This document shows positions 1 to 11,479 of a stretch of DNA of 64,000 nt, in pieces (within the stretch, counting starts at the first letter, position 1; each line of letters starts with the position of its first letter). Made by a program: the position numbers and the translations under genes. This stretch comes from Octopus bimaculoides (Eukaryota): contig NC_068981.1 in NCBI RefSeq assembly GCF_001194135.2, positions 134,643,465-134,707,464 of the forward strand. The letters run 5' to 3'. Under the pieces are notes generated by a model, which was not told the origin of the DNA, ran no database searches, and saw nothing but the letters and a program-made list of their open reading frames with translations.

Positions 1-280
1 TTGAATAATATCTTCTTTTTTTTTAACTTCTATTTCTGAAAGAATCTCTACTTTATTGTATGCCATAGTTCATTGTAAGATCTTGACTTCATTGGGAAGA
101 AAATTGATTTTTAACATTAAAATATAGATAACTTCTTGGTTAAATGTAAGATTTTATTTCTTTGTATTGAATGTAAAGCAAATTATCTGACAAACAATCC
201 AAACAGTGGAATAAGGTTTATGTTGTGAGGAATAAGAGAAATTTAATTCTTTAGTGTTTAAACCAGCAATATCTGAACTA

Positions 281-600
281 AGGCGCATGGCTCAGTGGTT
301 AGAGCATCAGACACACAATCATGAGGCAGTGAGCCTATGTGTTGTGTTCTTAAGCAAGATACTTTATTTCACATTGCTCCAGTTCACTCACCTGTAAAAA
401 TGAGTTGCAACATCACTGCTGCCAAGCTGTATCAGCCTTTGCCTTTCCCTTGGACAACATTGGTGGTGTAGAGAGGGGAGGCTGGTATGCATGGGCAACT
501 GCTGGTCTTCCATAAAAACAACTTTGCCTGGACTTGTGCCTTGGAGGGGGAACTTTCTGTGTTCAATCCCATAGTCATTCATGACCGAAGAGTGTCTTTA
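281..600 (+). mobile_element. tRNA-derived CORE-like SINE
   Basis: Head tggctcagtggttagagc, then gtgttcttaagcaagatactt...gctccagttcactc; inserted in a TTAA-type MITE. Confidence 0.7.
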
Positions 601-3060
601 GCCTGTCTGAACCAAATATTCTACTTGCTTTATGTTTATGTTTTTAACGTTCCACTGGTATAGGTGCCAATCAAGCAGAACTGTCATCAGCCACGACAAC
701 AATTTCACTTGCCTCAACAGGTCTTCGCAAACGTAGTTTATTGTCTAATGATTGAAGGGTACTCTTAAACGGGCTGGTTATACAGCACTGGCATAGTCCA
801 TGGTTATGGTCTCACTTGGCTTGCTGGGTCTTATATCACAGTTATTTCATCATGATAGTCATTTTAACCTATTCACATTCAGGTTACTCTGTCAAATGTA
901 ATGCTTATTTAGTCACATTGTTTTGAGTAAATCAACCATTATCTTGTAGTTTCAAGATTTTAATGATCCGATTGTTTATTTTTAGAATGAAATTGTAAGG
1001 TAGATGTGAGAGGCTGGATCAGCCCAGTCTGAACATAAAACAGGTAGAATATCTGGGCTGGATATGAGCAGTTTAAATGTTAAAGGTTTAATGTCCATAT
1101 TTCATGTAGGCATGGGTCTTATGGAATTCATTGAAGCAGGTTTTCTATTGGTAGATGCCTTTCTTGTCACTATTTCTCTCCTGTTTCCAAGTAAGGTAAT
1201 ACTTCCCCATGACCAGACAAGTTTTCATGAAAGATTAGAAACAAGGGACACTACTTGTGTCTGTGTGATACTTATTTACAACTATCATGCAATGTCAAAA
1301 CACAGAAACAAAGACACATGTACCCACACATCCATGCACACATACATACATACCCACACAGACATATATAAATACTTATATAAATGTACACATTCACATG
1401 ATGGTCACACCCATCAGTTTCAATGTATGAGTGTTTGAAGGAGAGAATTTAAAGAAAAAAAGTGAAAAAGAGAGAGAAAAAATTTTTTTAAATAAAAGCT
1501 TAAAAGAAACTGCATCTATTTGCAATCGACACATAAATGTAATTTGAGTCCAAGAATGGATTTTGCTATGAAATCACATTGGAGACAATGAGGATTTTGA
1601 TTTTGTCTAGGATTGGGCAAACATGTCTCTCGATTGCAGGATATAATCCTTTTATTGTTCTGTTTCTTCAACTCAAAATACACACACACACACTCACACA
1701 CACCATGAGCATCTTTCAGTTTTCGTCCAGTAAATCCATTCACAAAGATTTGGTCGACCTGTGTTGGCCAATTAATAAGTCAAGATAGGGATATGTGGGA
1801 ATGTGTGTTTATAATTACGTGTGTGTGTGTGTGTGAGCATGTATGAAAATGTGCATATTTAGATATAACTACAAATTATGTGCATCCTTCGGAATGGCTG
1901 TTTAATTAAGAAGTTTCATTGGCACCCACATATTTTGAGTTTTATTCCCACTTCATGGTACTTGGATGACACTTGCTCAAGGTGCTACACAGTGGATATA
2001 TGTATATATATCATGCAGACATAGTTGTGCAATCAAAAACTTTGTTTCCTGACCATGTGGTGTTGGTTTCAGTCCCACTACCTGACGCCTTGGCAACTGC
2101 TGTCTACTTTAGCCCTGGCTAAGTACAGGCATAGCTGTGTGGTTAAGAAATTTGTTTCACAATCACTTGGTTTTAGATTCAGTCCTATTGCCTGGCATCC
2201 TTAAGTGTTTTTTACTAAAACCCCTAGGCTGACCAAAGCCTTGTGAGTGGATTTGCTACATGGAAACTGGAAGGAACTTAGTGTGTGAGTGTGTGTATGT
2301 GTGTGTCCTTATGTTGATATCATGCAATGGTTGTGAATGACTGTCACCCTCACATACACATGTAAAGAGAGAGCAAAGCTGGATAAAGGAATCAACTATA
2401 GTGTGCATGCGGGAAGATTCTGCATATCAGCTCTTCCAAAATGCATTTAATATAAATAGGGGCATCTGAAATGATGAGAGATTTCATGGAGGTTTCCTCC
2501 ATTTGTAGCTATACATAGATATGTAGGCCTGTATGGGTGTATATTTGCAGATATATATGTATGTTTGTGTAAGTATATATAAATACAAGTATATCCATCC
2601 TTCTGGTAATTGTGAAGTATGAACACTTATTTGGAGATACAGCCTGTGATTCTCCCCTTATGGAAACTCAGATGAATTTTATCATTATTCAAAACTAAAA
2701 TCATAATACACGTTTTTTAACCACATGTGTCTCTACACTACCCTGCTACAAATTAAGTAAATGATGCACCAGTTCAACCAACCTTGTTTTCCATATATCC
2801 ATTCCTTCACCTTGTTTGTGTATTTTCAGTTTCAACTTACTTGGGTCTTGCTACTAACTTTAATCAAACAACATTTCCTCTTATTTCACTTCAGCACTTT
2901 TAATTTTCTCATATATTATATATTTTTGCATCCAAAATAATACAACTAGTTTTTGCTGATGGATTCTGTTTTACTATTTAGTGTGGAATTCTTGCCACTT
3001 CTTGTTACTATTGGATTTAACTATTAACCCATAAGGTATTGCACATTACTTTTAATCAAA

Positions 3061-3350
3061 ATGACTGGAAAGAAACCATAAAAAAGAAGTGAAGACAGCA
3101 ATGTGAAAAGAAGTCATAAAGAGATGATGTAGTCATTAAACTTGATCATTTACAAAGGTTCGATGCAGGAAAAAAACTCAGCTATATTGCAAAAAACATT
3201 GAAGCTTGCAACACCTACAACATAAACGCAACATGACAATAAAGATAAAATTAGGTCAAGTGCTTAAGTAGCTATTTTGTTAACTGCCTCAGCATTCTGG
3301 TTTCTTTTTTTTTTCATAGATCTAAAGTGATGCAATTGAGAAGCATTTGA
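3061..3350 (+). mobile_element. Tigger/pogo transposase N-terminal (Psq-type HTH) remnant
   Basis: Frameshifted KLDHLQRFDAGKKLSYIAK / LKLAT / DNKDKIRSSA / RSKVMQL. Confidence 0.55.
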
Positions 3351-3601
3351 AATGCAACACTTTTTACTGTGATGTGAACTACATTACTACACCAATATAA
3401 ACTATATTATAGAATTACTTTAGTATAAAATTTCTTGGTTCACTTCAACTATTTTAGCAATCATTTTATCATTAACTCTTCATGCAGATCCCACCTTGCA
3501 ATCAGTCATTCTGTTAAGTCATCCTACTTCTTAGCATTCATTCATGAAAAACCTGTATCTTCTCAAATCATTCTAACATCTGATAGTGAAAATTAGTTCT
3601 T

Positions 3602-3644
3602 GCTTCACTGATGAGGTCTCATAAGAACAAAACAGGTCTAGAGC
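3602..3644 (+). ncRNA. Second, more degenerate hammerhead-like motif (putative Penelope-like end, about 3430-3720)
   Basis: gcttca-CTGATGA-ggtctc(ataa)gaac-AAAAC-ag-GTC-tagagc. Confidence 0.4.
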
Positions 3645-5020
3645 TGTCATTGAAATAACTAAAGATTAACCTCACTCCCCATTGCATTTCATAGCTCATT
3701 AATTTTGATAAATTTAAATCTCAAGGTTGTGTCCCCTACTTTTCTTGGCCAGAATTATTCATTTTGATAATAACATTTTTTTTTTCTTTTTAGTTGGATG
3801 TAATTTTAATTACTTGAAATTTCTTGACTAACTACATTAAGAATGCTAGCTTTACTACTAATTATTCATGCAGCACACGCACCTCATATTCCCCCACCCC
3901 ACTGTCATTTATCTGTTTATTACCTTTTTTACTTGCTGAGTTTGCAGGAAGGGGCAGTCCTGCTATACCAGTGAACTTGATGCCATTAATATTCTGTTTA
4001 AATTGCTGCAAGAAAGACATGAACAGGGAAAAGATTCCAGTGAGATGATGTTCTGGGGAGATAAAAACTAGGTAAGGTTGTTAGTGTGGAGCTATGGTAG
4101 TTGGATGAAACAGAGTTGACAAGAGATGGAGACATGGGTGGGTCAGAGATACTCATATTGGAGAGATATGAGACCAGTCAGTTGTGAAGAACAGAAGCCA
4201 CTGTAGTAGTAATGGAAAAGACATGTGGAGATGACAGAATGCTCATGGGTCAGAGGCTGGAGTGTGTCTCTTACTGATTTAATGCTTGTAAGTTGAGTGG
4301 CCCTTCTTTGGATGCAATCTGGGGTGCTAAAATATATTGATAAAAGTTTACTCCTTACTACGAATTAGTTTTGATTCAAATCTCTAAACTAATACTTCTT
4401 ATCACTTCCAAATTTTAAATTTTATTTACACTTCCTGGCAATTCCATATATTTTCTTCTTATTCATATTTAGAAGAGAAGGGAAGAATAACCGCTATTTA
4501 TTTTGTTGCAGCTCCTATTGATCATTAACACCCTTTTTTTCTCAATGTTAATAGTCATGTGTATCCTCTGCAAAATCTTGTCTGCCACTCCTCACATACT
4601 TTAACCCCCTCATTCCCAAACATAAAGTTCAATAAAGTTGACCTCACTAGTACTAGTGGCATGAAAAAAAGCACCCAGTACACACTGTAGAGCGGTTGGA
4701 TTCGGAAGAGCATCAAGCCATAGAAATTCGACCAATGCAGACACTAGGGCACAGTGCAGTCCTTCGACACATCAGATCCTGTCAAACCATCCAGTTCATG
4801 CCAGCATGGAACATGGACATTAGATGATGACCATGATGACAACGACAATCAACATCATCATCCAGACCTTAGTCTCTGTAATTTCTTACCTGTTTTTCTA
4901 CTCAAGACAAGGGAGATCAATACCTTATCCAAGCCACAGACCAATTCCAGAGACATGGTTGCAAGACAATAAGCACTTCAGTAAAACAAATCAACAACTT
5001 AATCACTCAGTCATTATGAC

Positions 5021-5256
5021 TTCATCATCATCATCATTTAACATCCACTTTTCCATGCTCGAACGGGTCAGACAGAATTTGTTGAGGCAGTTTGTCTATG
5101 TTCCTGTCATCAACCCTCACCTGTTTTCAAGCAAGGTTATATTTTCCCATGGCCAAACATGTTTTTCATGGAATACTGGAAATGAACAACTGCATGTGTG
5201 ATGGTGATGTTCATTTACAACCATCACATGATGTCTAGACAAGGGTACACACAATA

Positions 5257-5288
<32 letters not shown>

Positions 5289-5442
5289 TGCAACAGGCTT
5301 CTTTCAGTCTTTGTCTGCCATATCCACTCAAGGCTGAAGTCCATAGTAGAAGATACTTGCCCAAGATGCCACAGAGTTGAACTGAACCTAAGACCACAAC
5401 ATTAGGGAGCAAGCTTCTCAACTGCACAGCCACACCTGCACC
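5021..5442 (-). mobile_element. SINE with the dominant head and an RTE-like (GAT)n tail
   Basis: Reverse complement of the family at 61839-62185. Confidence 0.75.
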
Positions 5443-6789
5443 CATTGTGTAAATTAAATATTCTAATAATCAGATCATTAATGTACTAATAATAGTAATC
5501 AATTCTATTTAGCAATGAGCCAAAAATTCTTTTGGCTGAATCCAATTCAATCTAAAAGAGTGAGCTGCACTCCCATTCCTAATTGACCAATTTGATCTCT
5601 AATTTTAATATAATAGTTGTACTTTTGCTATTGACATACAAACATAGATAATTAATTCAACACAAGTTCATCTCTTAGCTATAAAGTTGAAGTCTTAAGA
5701 GTTTATCACTAAACATTCTTGTTAGAATTTATAAAGTGTTTATATTTCTAGTTTTCCTTTCTTGTTTCCTTAATTAACTTACCCTTATTTAGTTTTGTTT
5801 GTTCATTCAGTGTTCCTATTTTATTCTAAGCTCACGTAGCTTGGGCAGTTTGTGCTCAGATGGCTTTGCTGTAGGTTAGGCACTAGTGGTCTGCTACTGG
5901 GATTGAAGGCAAGAAATTCTGTTCATAGGAAGTGGCACCTTTGTGTGTGTGTGCGTGTGTGTGTGTTTATTGCAAGTTATACACAAAAAATTACAATTTA
6001 ACATTAAACTGAAGAACTGCTGAACGCTTTGGTTAGAGTATATATTTATTATACTTTTACAAGAAGAGTAGTGATGGTCTTCGAAGTTTCAGACTGTCAA
6101 ACAAAGATTTGCAGGGCAAAGCTTCAAAGACACTGTCACCACTCTTCTTGCAAAAGTATAATAAGTATCTATCTACAAAAAGTATTGAGTAGTTCTTTGG
6201 TTTAATACTAAATTGGTTTTGTATATAACTTGAAATAAGAACAAGCATTTACGCACACACATACGCATGCATGCACACACACACCAAACTTTCCATCAAC
6301 CAAATTCGCTTATGATGCACTGATTAGTCCATTCTTATGATTTGAAACACTTACCCTAGGTGTTTCACAGTAGGACTGAACCCAAAACCAAATGGTTGAA
6401 AAACTACCTTCTTAACCATACAACCATACCTTATATTTATGAATTTATGTTGTAAGAACAGATATTGTTATACTTTAGGATGGGCATTTTTTTTTTTTTT
6501 TGCCACATAAGCACATGCACTATATATTCATTCTTCACTTGTTTATTACTGTTTTTATTTTATCTTATGTCCATTGTCTGGAAATCTTTCATCACACATC
6601 TGTGACCTCTTCTAAAATCATTATACACTCAAACTGAATTAAAAAATCATTTGAAATATATTTGAAATATTTTTCATATTTGTAAAATCATTAATAAAAA
6701 GAATCCTAAAAAATGTTAGGTTCGTTATTCATTTGTTGAGGAGATCTTTCAACAAAATCAGCAAGGCCACATCCACTTGGTTCCTAAAC

Positions 6790-6928
6790 TGTAGAGAGAG
6801 TGTGTGAGAGAGAGTGAGAGTGTGAGAGAGAGTGAGAGAGTGAGAGTGTCAGAGAGAGTGAGAGTGTGAGAGAGAGTGAGAGTGTGAGAGTGAGAGAGAG
6901 TGAGAGTGTGAGAGAGAGAGAGAGAGAT
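6790..6928. repeat. Compound (GA)n/(GAGT)n microsatellite
   Basis: Seen directly. Confidence 0.95.
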
Positions 6929-7823
6929 AGTAAATCTGTCAATTCCATTTTGTCAGTCTGCTTTGTAGATTGGTGTTGAGTTTTCATCAACCTCAGACTG
7001 TTTTGGTTCATTTTGCAACCTATTTTCTTTGTAATTTAGTCTTCACATATTGAAGTTACTACTATGTTATATGTGTGTTGCAGTTATTACTCAAGCAAGA
7101 AAGCCATCCTTTCAGAGCTGAATGAGTTAATGATTTTTTTTTTCTTCTTCGTCTTCTTTCTAGTTTATTATGTAATAGGTACAGCTATGGCTATGTAGTC
7201 AAGAAGTTTTCTTTCCAGCCACATTGTTTTGGGTTCAGTCCTACTGAATGGCACCTTGGGCAAGTGACTTCTACTGTAGCTCTGGGTTGACCAAAGCTTT
7301 GTGCATAGATTTAGTAGATGGTAAATGAAAGAAGCCCATTGTATGTGCGTGTGTGTGTGTGCGCGCATTATGTGTATGTATAGATGTATGTGTATATGTC
7401 ATCATCATTATTTAACATACGTTTTCCATGGTGGCATGAGTTGGACAATTTGGTTGGTGCTTGCAAGGCTGGGAGCTGCACCACATTCCATTGTCTATTT
7501 TGGTCAGGTTTCTACAGCTGGATACCCTTCCTAATGCCAACCACTTTACAAAGTGTAGTGGGTGCCTTTTATGTGGCCCCAGAACCGGTGTTTTTTTTTT
7601 TTTTGTGACACCATCACTGACAGGGTTACCAAGCATTTTGCAAGACAAAGGCCCAATCAAATGGGAGTGGGGCAGGAGGGAGAAATGTTGAGGGTGAGGA
7701 ACTTTGTGCCAGATAAATGATTAAAGGTATAGAGAGACAAAAACAGGTGTCTTACTGTAAATGTCCCACATTATTTACATTATTTACATTCGACGGATAT
7801 TTGTCCTTATCTTGTTTGTTGTT

Positions 7824-7869
7824 AACACAACGTTTTGGCTGATATCCCCTCCAGCCTTCTTCGGGTGTC
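7824..7869 (-). ncRNA. Degenerate minimal type-I hammerhead ribozyme in a Penelope-like terminal fragment (about 7760-7882)
   Basis: gacac-CCGAAGA-a-ggctg(gaggggatat)cagcc-AAAAC-GT-T-gtgtt. Stems I and II pair, stem III is the palindromic ACGT, and the core has two substitutions. Confidence 0.65.
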
Positions 7870-7882
7870 TTGGGGAAATTTC

Positions 7883-8520
7883 NNNNNNNNNNNNNNNNNN
7901 NNNNNNNNNNNNNNNNNNNNNNNNNNNNNNNNNNNNNNNNNNNNNNNNNNNNNNNNNNNNNNNNNNNNNNNNNNNNNNNNNNNNNNNNNNNNNNNNNNNN
8001 NNNNNNNNNNNNNNNNNNNNNNNNNNNNNNNNNNNNNNNNNNNNNNNNNNNNNNNNNNNNNNNNNNNNNNNNNNNNNNNNNNNNNNNNNNNNNNNNNNNN
8101 NNNNNNNNNNNNNNNNNNNNNNNNNNNNNNNNNNNNNNNNNNNNNNNNNNNNNNNNNNNNNNNNNNNNNNNNNNNNNNNNNNNNNNNNNNNNNNNNNNNN
8201 NNNNNNNNNNNNNNNNNNNNNNNNNNNNNNNNNNNNNNNNNNNNNNNNNNNNNNNNNNNNNNNNNNNNNNNNNNNNNNNNNNNNNNNNNNNNNNNNNNNN
8301 NNNNNNNNNNNNNNNNNNNNNNNNNNNNNNNNNNNNNNNNNNNNNNNNNNNNNNNNNNNNNNNNNNNNNNNNNNNNNNNNNNNNNNNNNNNNNNNNNNNN
8401 NNNNNNNNNNNNNNNNNNNNNNNNNNNNNNNNNNNNNNNNNNNNNNNNNNNNNNNNNNNNNNNNNNNNNNNNNNNNNNNNNNNNNNNNNNNNNNNNNNNN
8501 NNNNNNNNNNNNNNNNNNNN
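7883..8520. other. Assembly gap (N); others at 31528-31553, 35316-35505, 39806-40622, 43343-43440, 45235-45375, 54417-54426
   Basis: Runs of N. Confidence 1.
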
Positions 8521-9127
8521 AGACACTTAGGAGAAGTGGTTGTAGTAGGTATGTGAGGGCATTGAGGGTGATAGCAGATAAGCAGGGTGTTAATGATGGA
8601 GATCAGTACAGGTGAGAGAAGGTGCAGAAAGGAGGAGATTGGTGGAGACAGTAGGTGCAAGAAGATAATGGGAAATGGATGTGGTCTGAGGTGTAAGAAA
8701 AAAGGTAACTGAGAAAGCAGGGAGATGTAAGTATATGCCTCTTCTGCTCTCAGGTGATAGAGAAGTGATAGATGTTGGGGGAAATGGTTGATGGAGCAGA
8801 GAGGATGGAGGTGAGGGCATAGCCACTCATGGACAAGCATTATCAAACTGGTTTTATATGTGTGTGTATGTGTGAGAGAGAGAGAGAGAGAGAGAGAGTA
8901 CGTATTTTTATGTCTTGTCTTGACATTGCATGATAGTTGTAAATGTGTGTCACTGTCATACAAATAATGCCATTCATTCCCAATATTCTGCAAAAACACA
9001 TTTGGCCACAAAGAAATACTACTTTGCTTGGAAACAGGGTAAGGTTGGTGGCAGGAAGGGCATCCAGTTCATAGAAAATCTGCCTTGGTAAGCTTTGTCC
9101 AGCCCATGCTTGCATGTGGTTATTAAA

Positions 9128-9147
9128 ATGATGATGATGATGATGAT

Positions 9148-9188
<41 letters not shown>

Positions 9189-9225
9189 TGTGGTGGTAGT
9201 AGCAGCAGCAGCAGCAGTAGTAGTA
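9128..9225. repeat. Compound (ATG)n(TAG)n(CAG)n microsatellite at a SINE tail
   Basis: Seen directly. Many other (CA)n, (TA)n, (CT)n and (TTA)n tracts occur, e.g. 9340, 13932, 14846, 15780, 43311-43468, 45200, 54358, 60384. Confidence 0.95.
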
Positions 9226-9337
9226 ATTTCCATTGAGAGAATTTAATACATTGAAGACATAAATGATTGATTACTTTCCTCTTTCTAAACTTTTCCTTTT
9301 CCTGAAGGCTTTAAATCTTAAATCATCTTAGATTTTC

Positions 9338-9385
<48 letters not shown>

Positions 9386-10089
9386 GTTATCTTTCCTGTA
9401 TCATCCAGCACTTGTTCTTGCATGATCTTGATAATGTCCTTGGCATTTGTGAGTCATCATCATCATCATCGTTTAACGTCCGCTTTCCATGCTAGCATGG
9501 GTTGGACGATTTGACTGAGGACTGGTGAAACCGGATGGCAACACCAGGCTCCAGTCTGATTTGGCAGAGTTTCTACAGCTGGATGCCCTTCCTAACGCCA
9601 ACCACTCAGAGAAATATTTCCTGGAGGACATCTATTTAAAAAAAATTTTTCTTAAGCCCTAGAACTTATAAGGCCAGTTTCCCAGTTTCTGTGATGTATG
9701 AGTGATCAAAATCACAACATTCCTCTGGAGGGGGTGCAGGTCTGGTGCAGAGTTCAAGGGATGAAAAACAAAGTTGACCTCAGCAGAATTTGAACTCAAA
9801 ATGCAAAGAGCCAGAAAAAATGCTGCAAAACATTTTGTAGAACATGCTCATGATTCTACCAGTTTGCCATGTAGGTGACAACTAATATATGATTTATAAT
9901 ACTTCATAAATTGGTTTAAATGTGTCAGACCAAAATTTCAGAGACCTTAATTTCTGAGGACTGAAATTTGCATCAGATAAAAAACACGTAAGATGAGAAT
10001 ACAATGAGTATTAATTTTTTTTTTTTTTTTTTGTATTCTTGACAGGCATCCATGCTGGAGATCTTCCTTCTTATGTCTCACACTAGGGT

Positions 10090-10410
10090 TCTCAAAATCA
10101 TAGCAAAAACCAAAATTATAATTTTTGACATCAAGAAGTCCTTTAAAGCATATCTAACATAAAAGTTCCTTGCAAAGTTGTTTGCCTATGAGCTCCAGTT
10201 ATCTCTCATTTTATGGCTTAGAAGTTTCTTCTCACAGTTTCTTTCATCAGAGTGTGCATCAACAGGGTACTCTGTCCATTATTCTATCAAGACTGGTCCA
10301 CATGCGGGTTCAGTTATTTCTCTTGTACACTTCCTTCTGTATTTCACGGTTACTTCATACCATACACAATGCTTTCATTTCTATGGATTCTGTGGAGTCA
10401 TATGGAGTTC
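10090..10410 (+). mobile_element. CR1/L2/Jockey-group LINE RT core remnant
   Basis: FDIKKSF, LWLRSFFSQ, TGPHAGSVISLVHFLLYF and HFYG correspond to LDISKAFD, GVPQGSVLSPxLFLLYI and FYADD. Confidence 0.6.
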
Positions 10411-10416
10411 ATTATA

Positions 10417-10629
10417 CAAGGGGGTGCTGAAAACTTCCTGATTTTGGATAAAAGAAAATACAGGAGAAACAGTTATGATTTTATTCTACATATTCCCTTC
10501 TCAGATTCACACACTTATTGCCGCAGTCCTTCAGTTTTTCTAAGCCGTGGAAAAGAACTCAGAAGGTTGGGCCTCCAACAAGGCCTTTCACGACACCCTT
10601 AAAGCCAGAAACTTTTCAGCACCTCCTCG
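10417..10629. mobile_element. Mariner-type MITE (about 213 bp)
   Basis: TA-CAAGGGGGTGCTGAAAACTTCCTG ... CCAGAAACTTTTCAGCACCTCCTCG terminal inverted repeats; interrupts a LINE RT remnant. Confidence 0.75.
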
Positions 10630-11373
10630 CATATGCATATTTCAGGAATTCTTGCTCCTTCTTCAGCACCACATCCAACCTATTAGCTATTCATAAACAT
10701 TCTGCTTAAATAGCTACCAAATATAGTGGTGTAACACTATTGGATATATCAATTTTATAAAACAAACACATTCCTAGTAACTGGTACAGAATGTCATAAC
10801 TTTCTGTACTGGTTATAATTCCTATAGAAAATCTGTAGAGATAATTTTAAAAAGTGACTGAATCGCACTGCTAACACAGGTAGGACACAGTATTGACTTA
10901 AAAGCCTTTAGTATACTTGGTAGTAATTATGGTTGCATTACAAAATACGGTGTCCTTACCAGCAATTAATAAAAGATAAGATAGTCCTTAAATGTTATTT
11001 TCATTTCATTTTTCAAACATGTCTTTATGAACATATGTTACCTAGTTTTACTTAATTAGATATTTCTTTGAATATTTGGAGCATATGGTTTACTTGTTGA
11101 TGCTTTCTGTGATACCACACCACTTAATACTAATGTGCAAAAACTAAATGATTCTAGATTATGAATTTTCAATCACAAAATTATTCAGGTGCTGTGTTTT
11201 TGTAATAATAGTTGCCTTATATTTCTCTTCCATTATTTGATTTCATGATTTTTTCGCTTGAAATTTTTTTAAATGAAAAATACATATTGTAATTAAATCT
11301 CAGTATGTTTAAGGAAGTAATAACCTGGTTTTTTTTTTTGTATCTTACCTAAATAGACTGCTGATATTTTATA

Positions 11374-11479
11374 CGAGGGGTGTGTGAAAAGTTTTGAACC
11401 TTGAAGTCTTGTACCTTCATCAGAAGTCTTGTACCATGTTTTGTTGTTTTGAGGCTCAAGACTTTTCATACACCGCTTG
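11374..11479. mobile_element. Mariner-type MITE (106 bp)
   Basis: TA-CGAGGGGTGTGTGAAAAGTTTTGA ... CAAGACTTTTCATACACCGCTTG-TA. Confidence 0.7.

Larger units (their letters stand above)
7410..8840 (-). mobile_element. RTE LINE 3' UTR remnant, interrupted by a Penelope-like fragment and an N-gap
   Basis: 7410-7755 and 8521-8840 resemble successive parts of 54440-54900. Confidence 0.55.

Noticed and set aside
281-350. tRNA-like A/B boxes here and at other SINE heads
   Set aside because: No cloverleaf; they continue into SINE bodies.
7752-9011. Long ORFs spanning N runs (also 35278-35576, 39737-40708, 45162-45470)
   Set aside because: Artefacts of gap translation.
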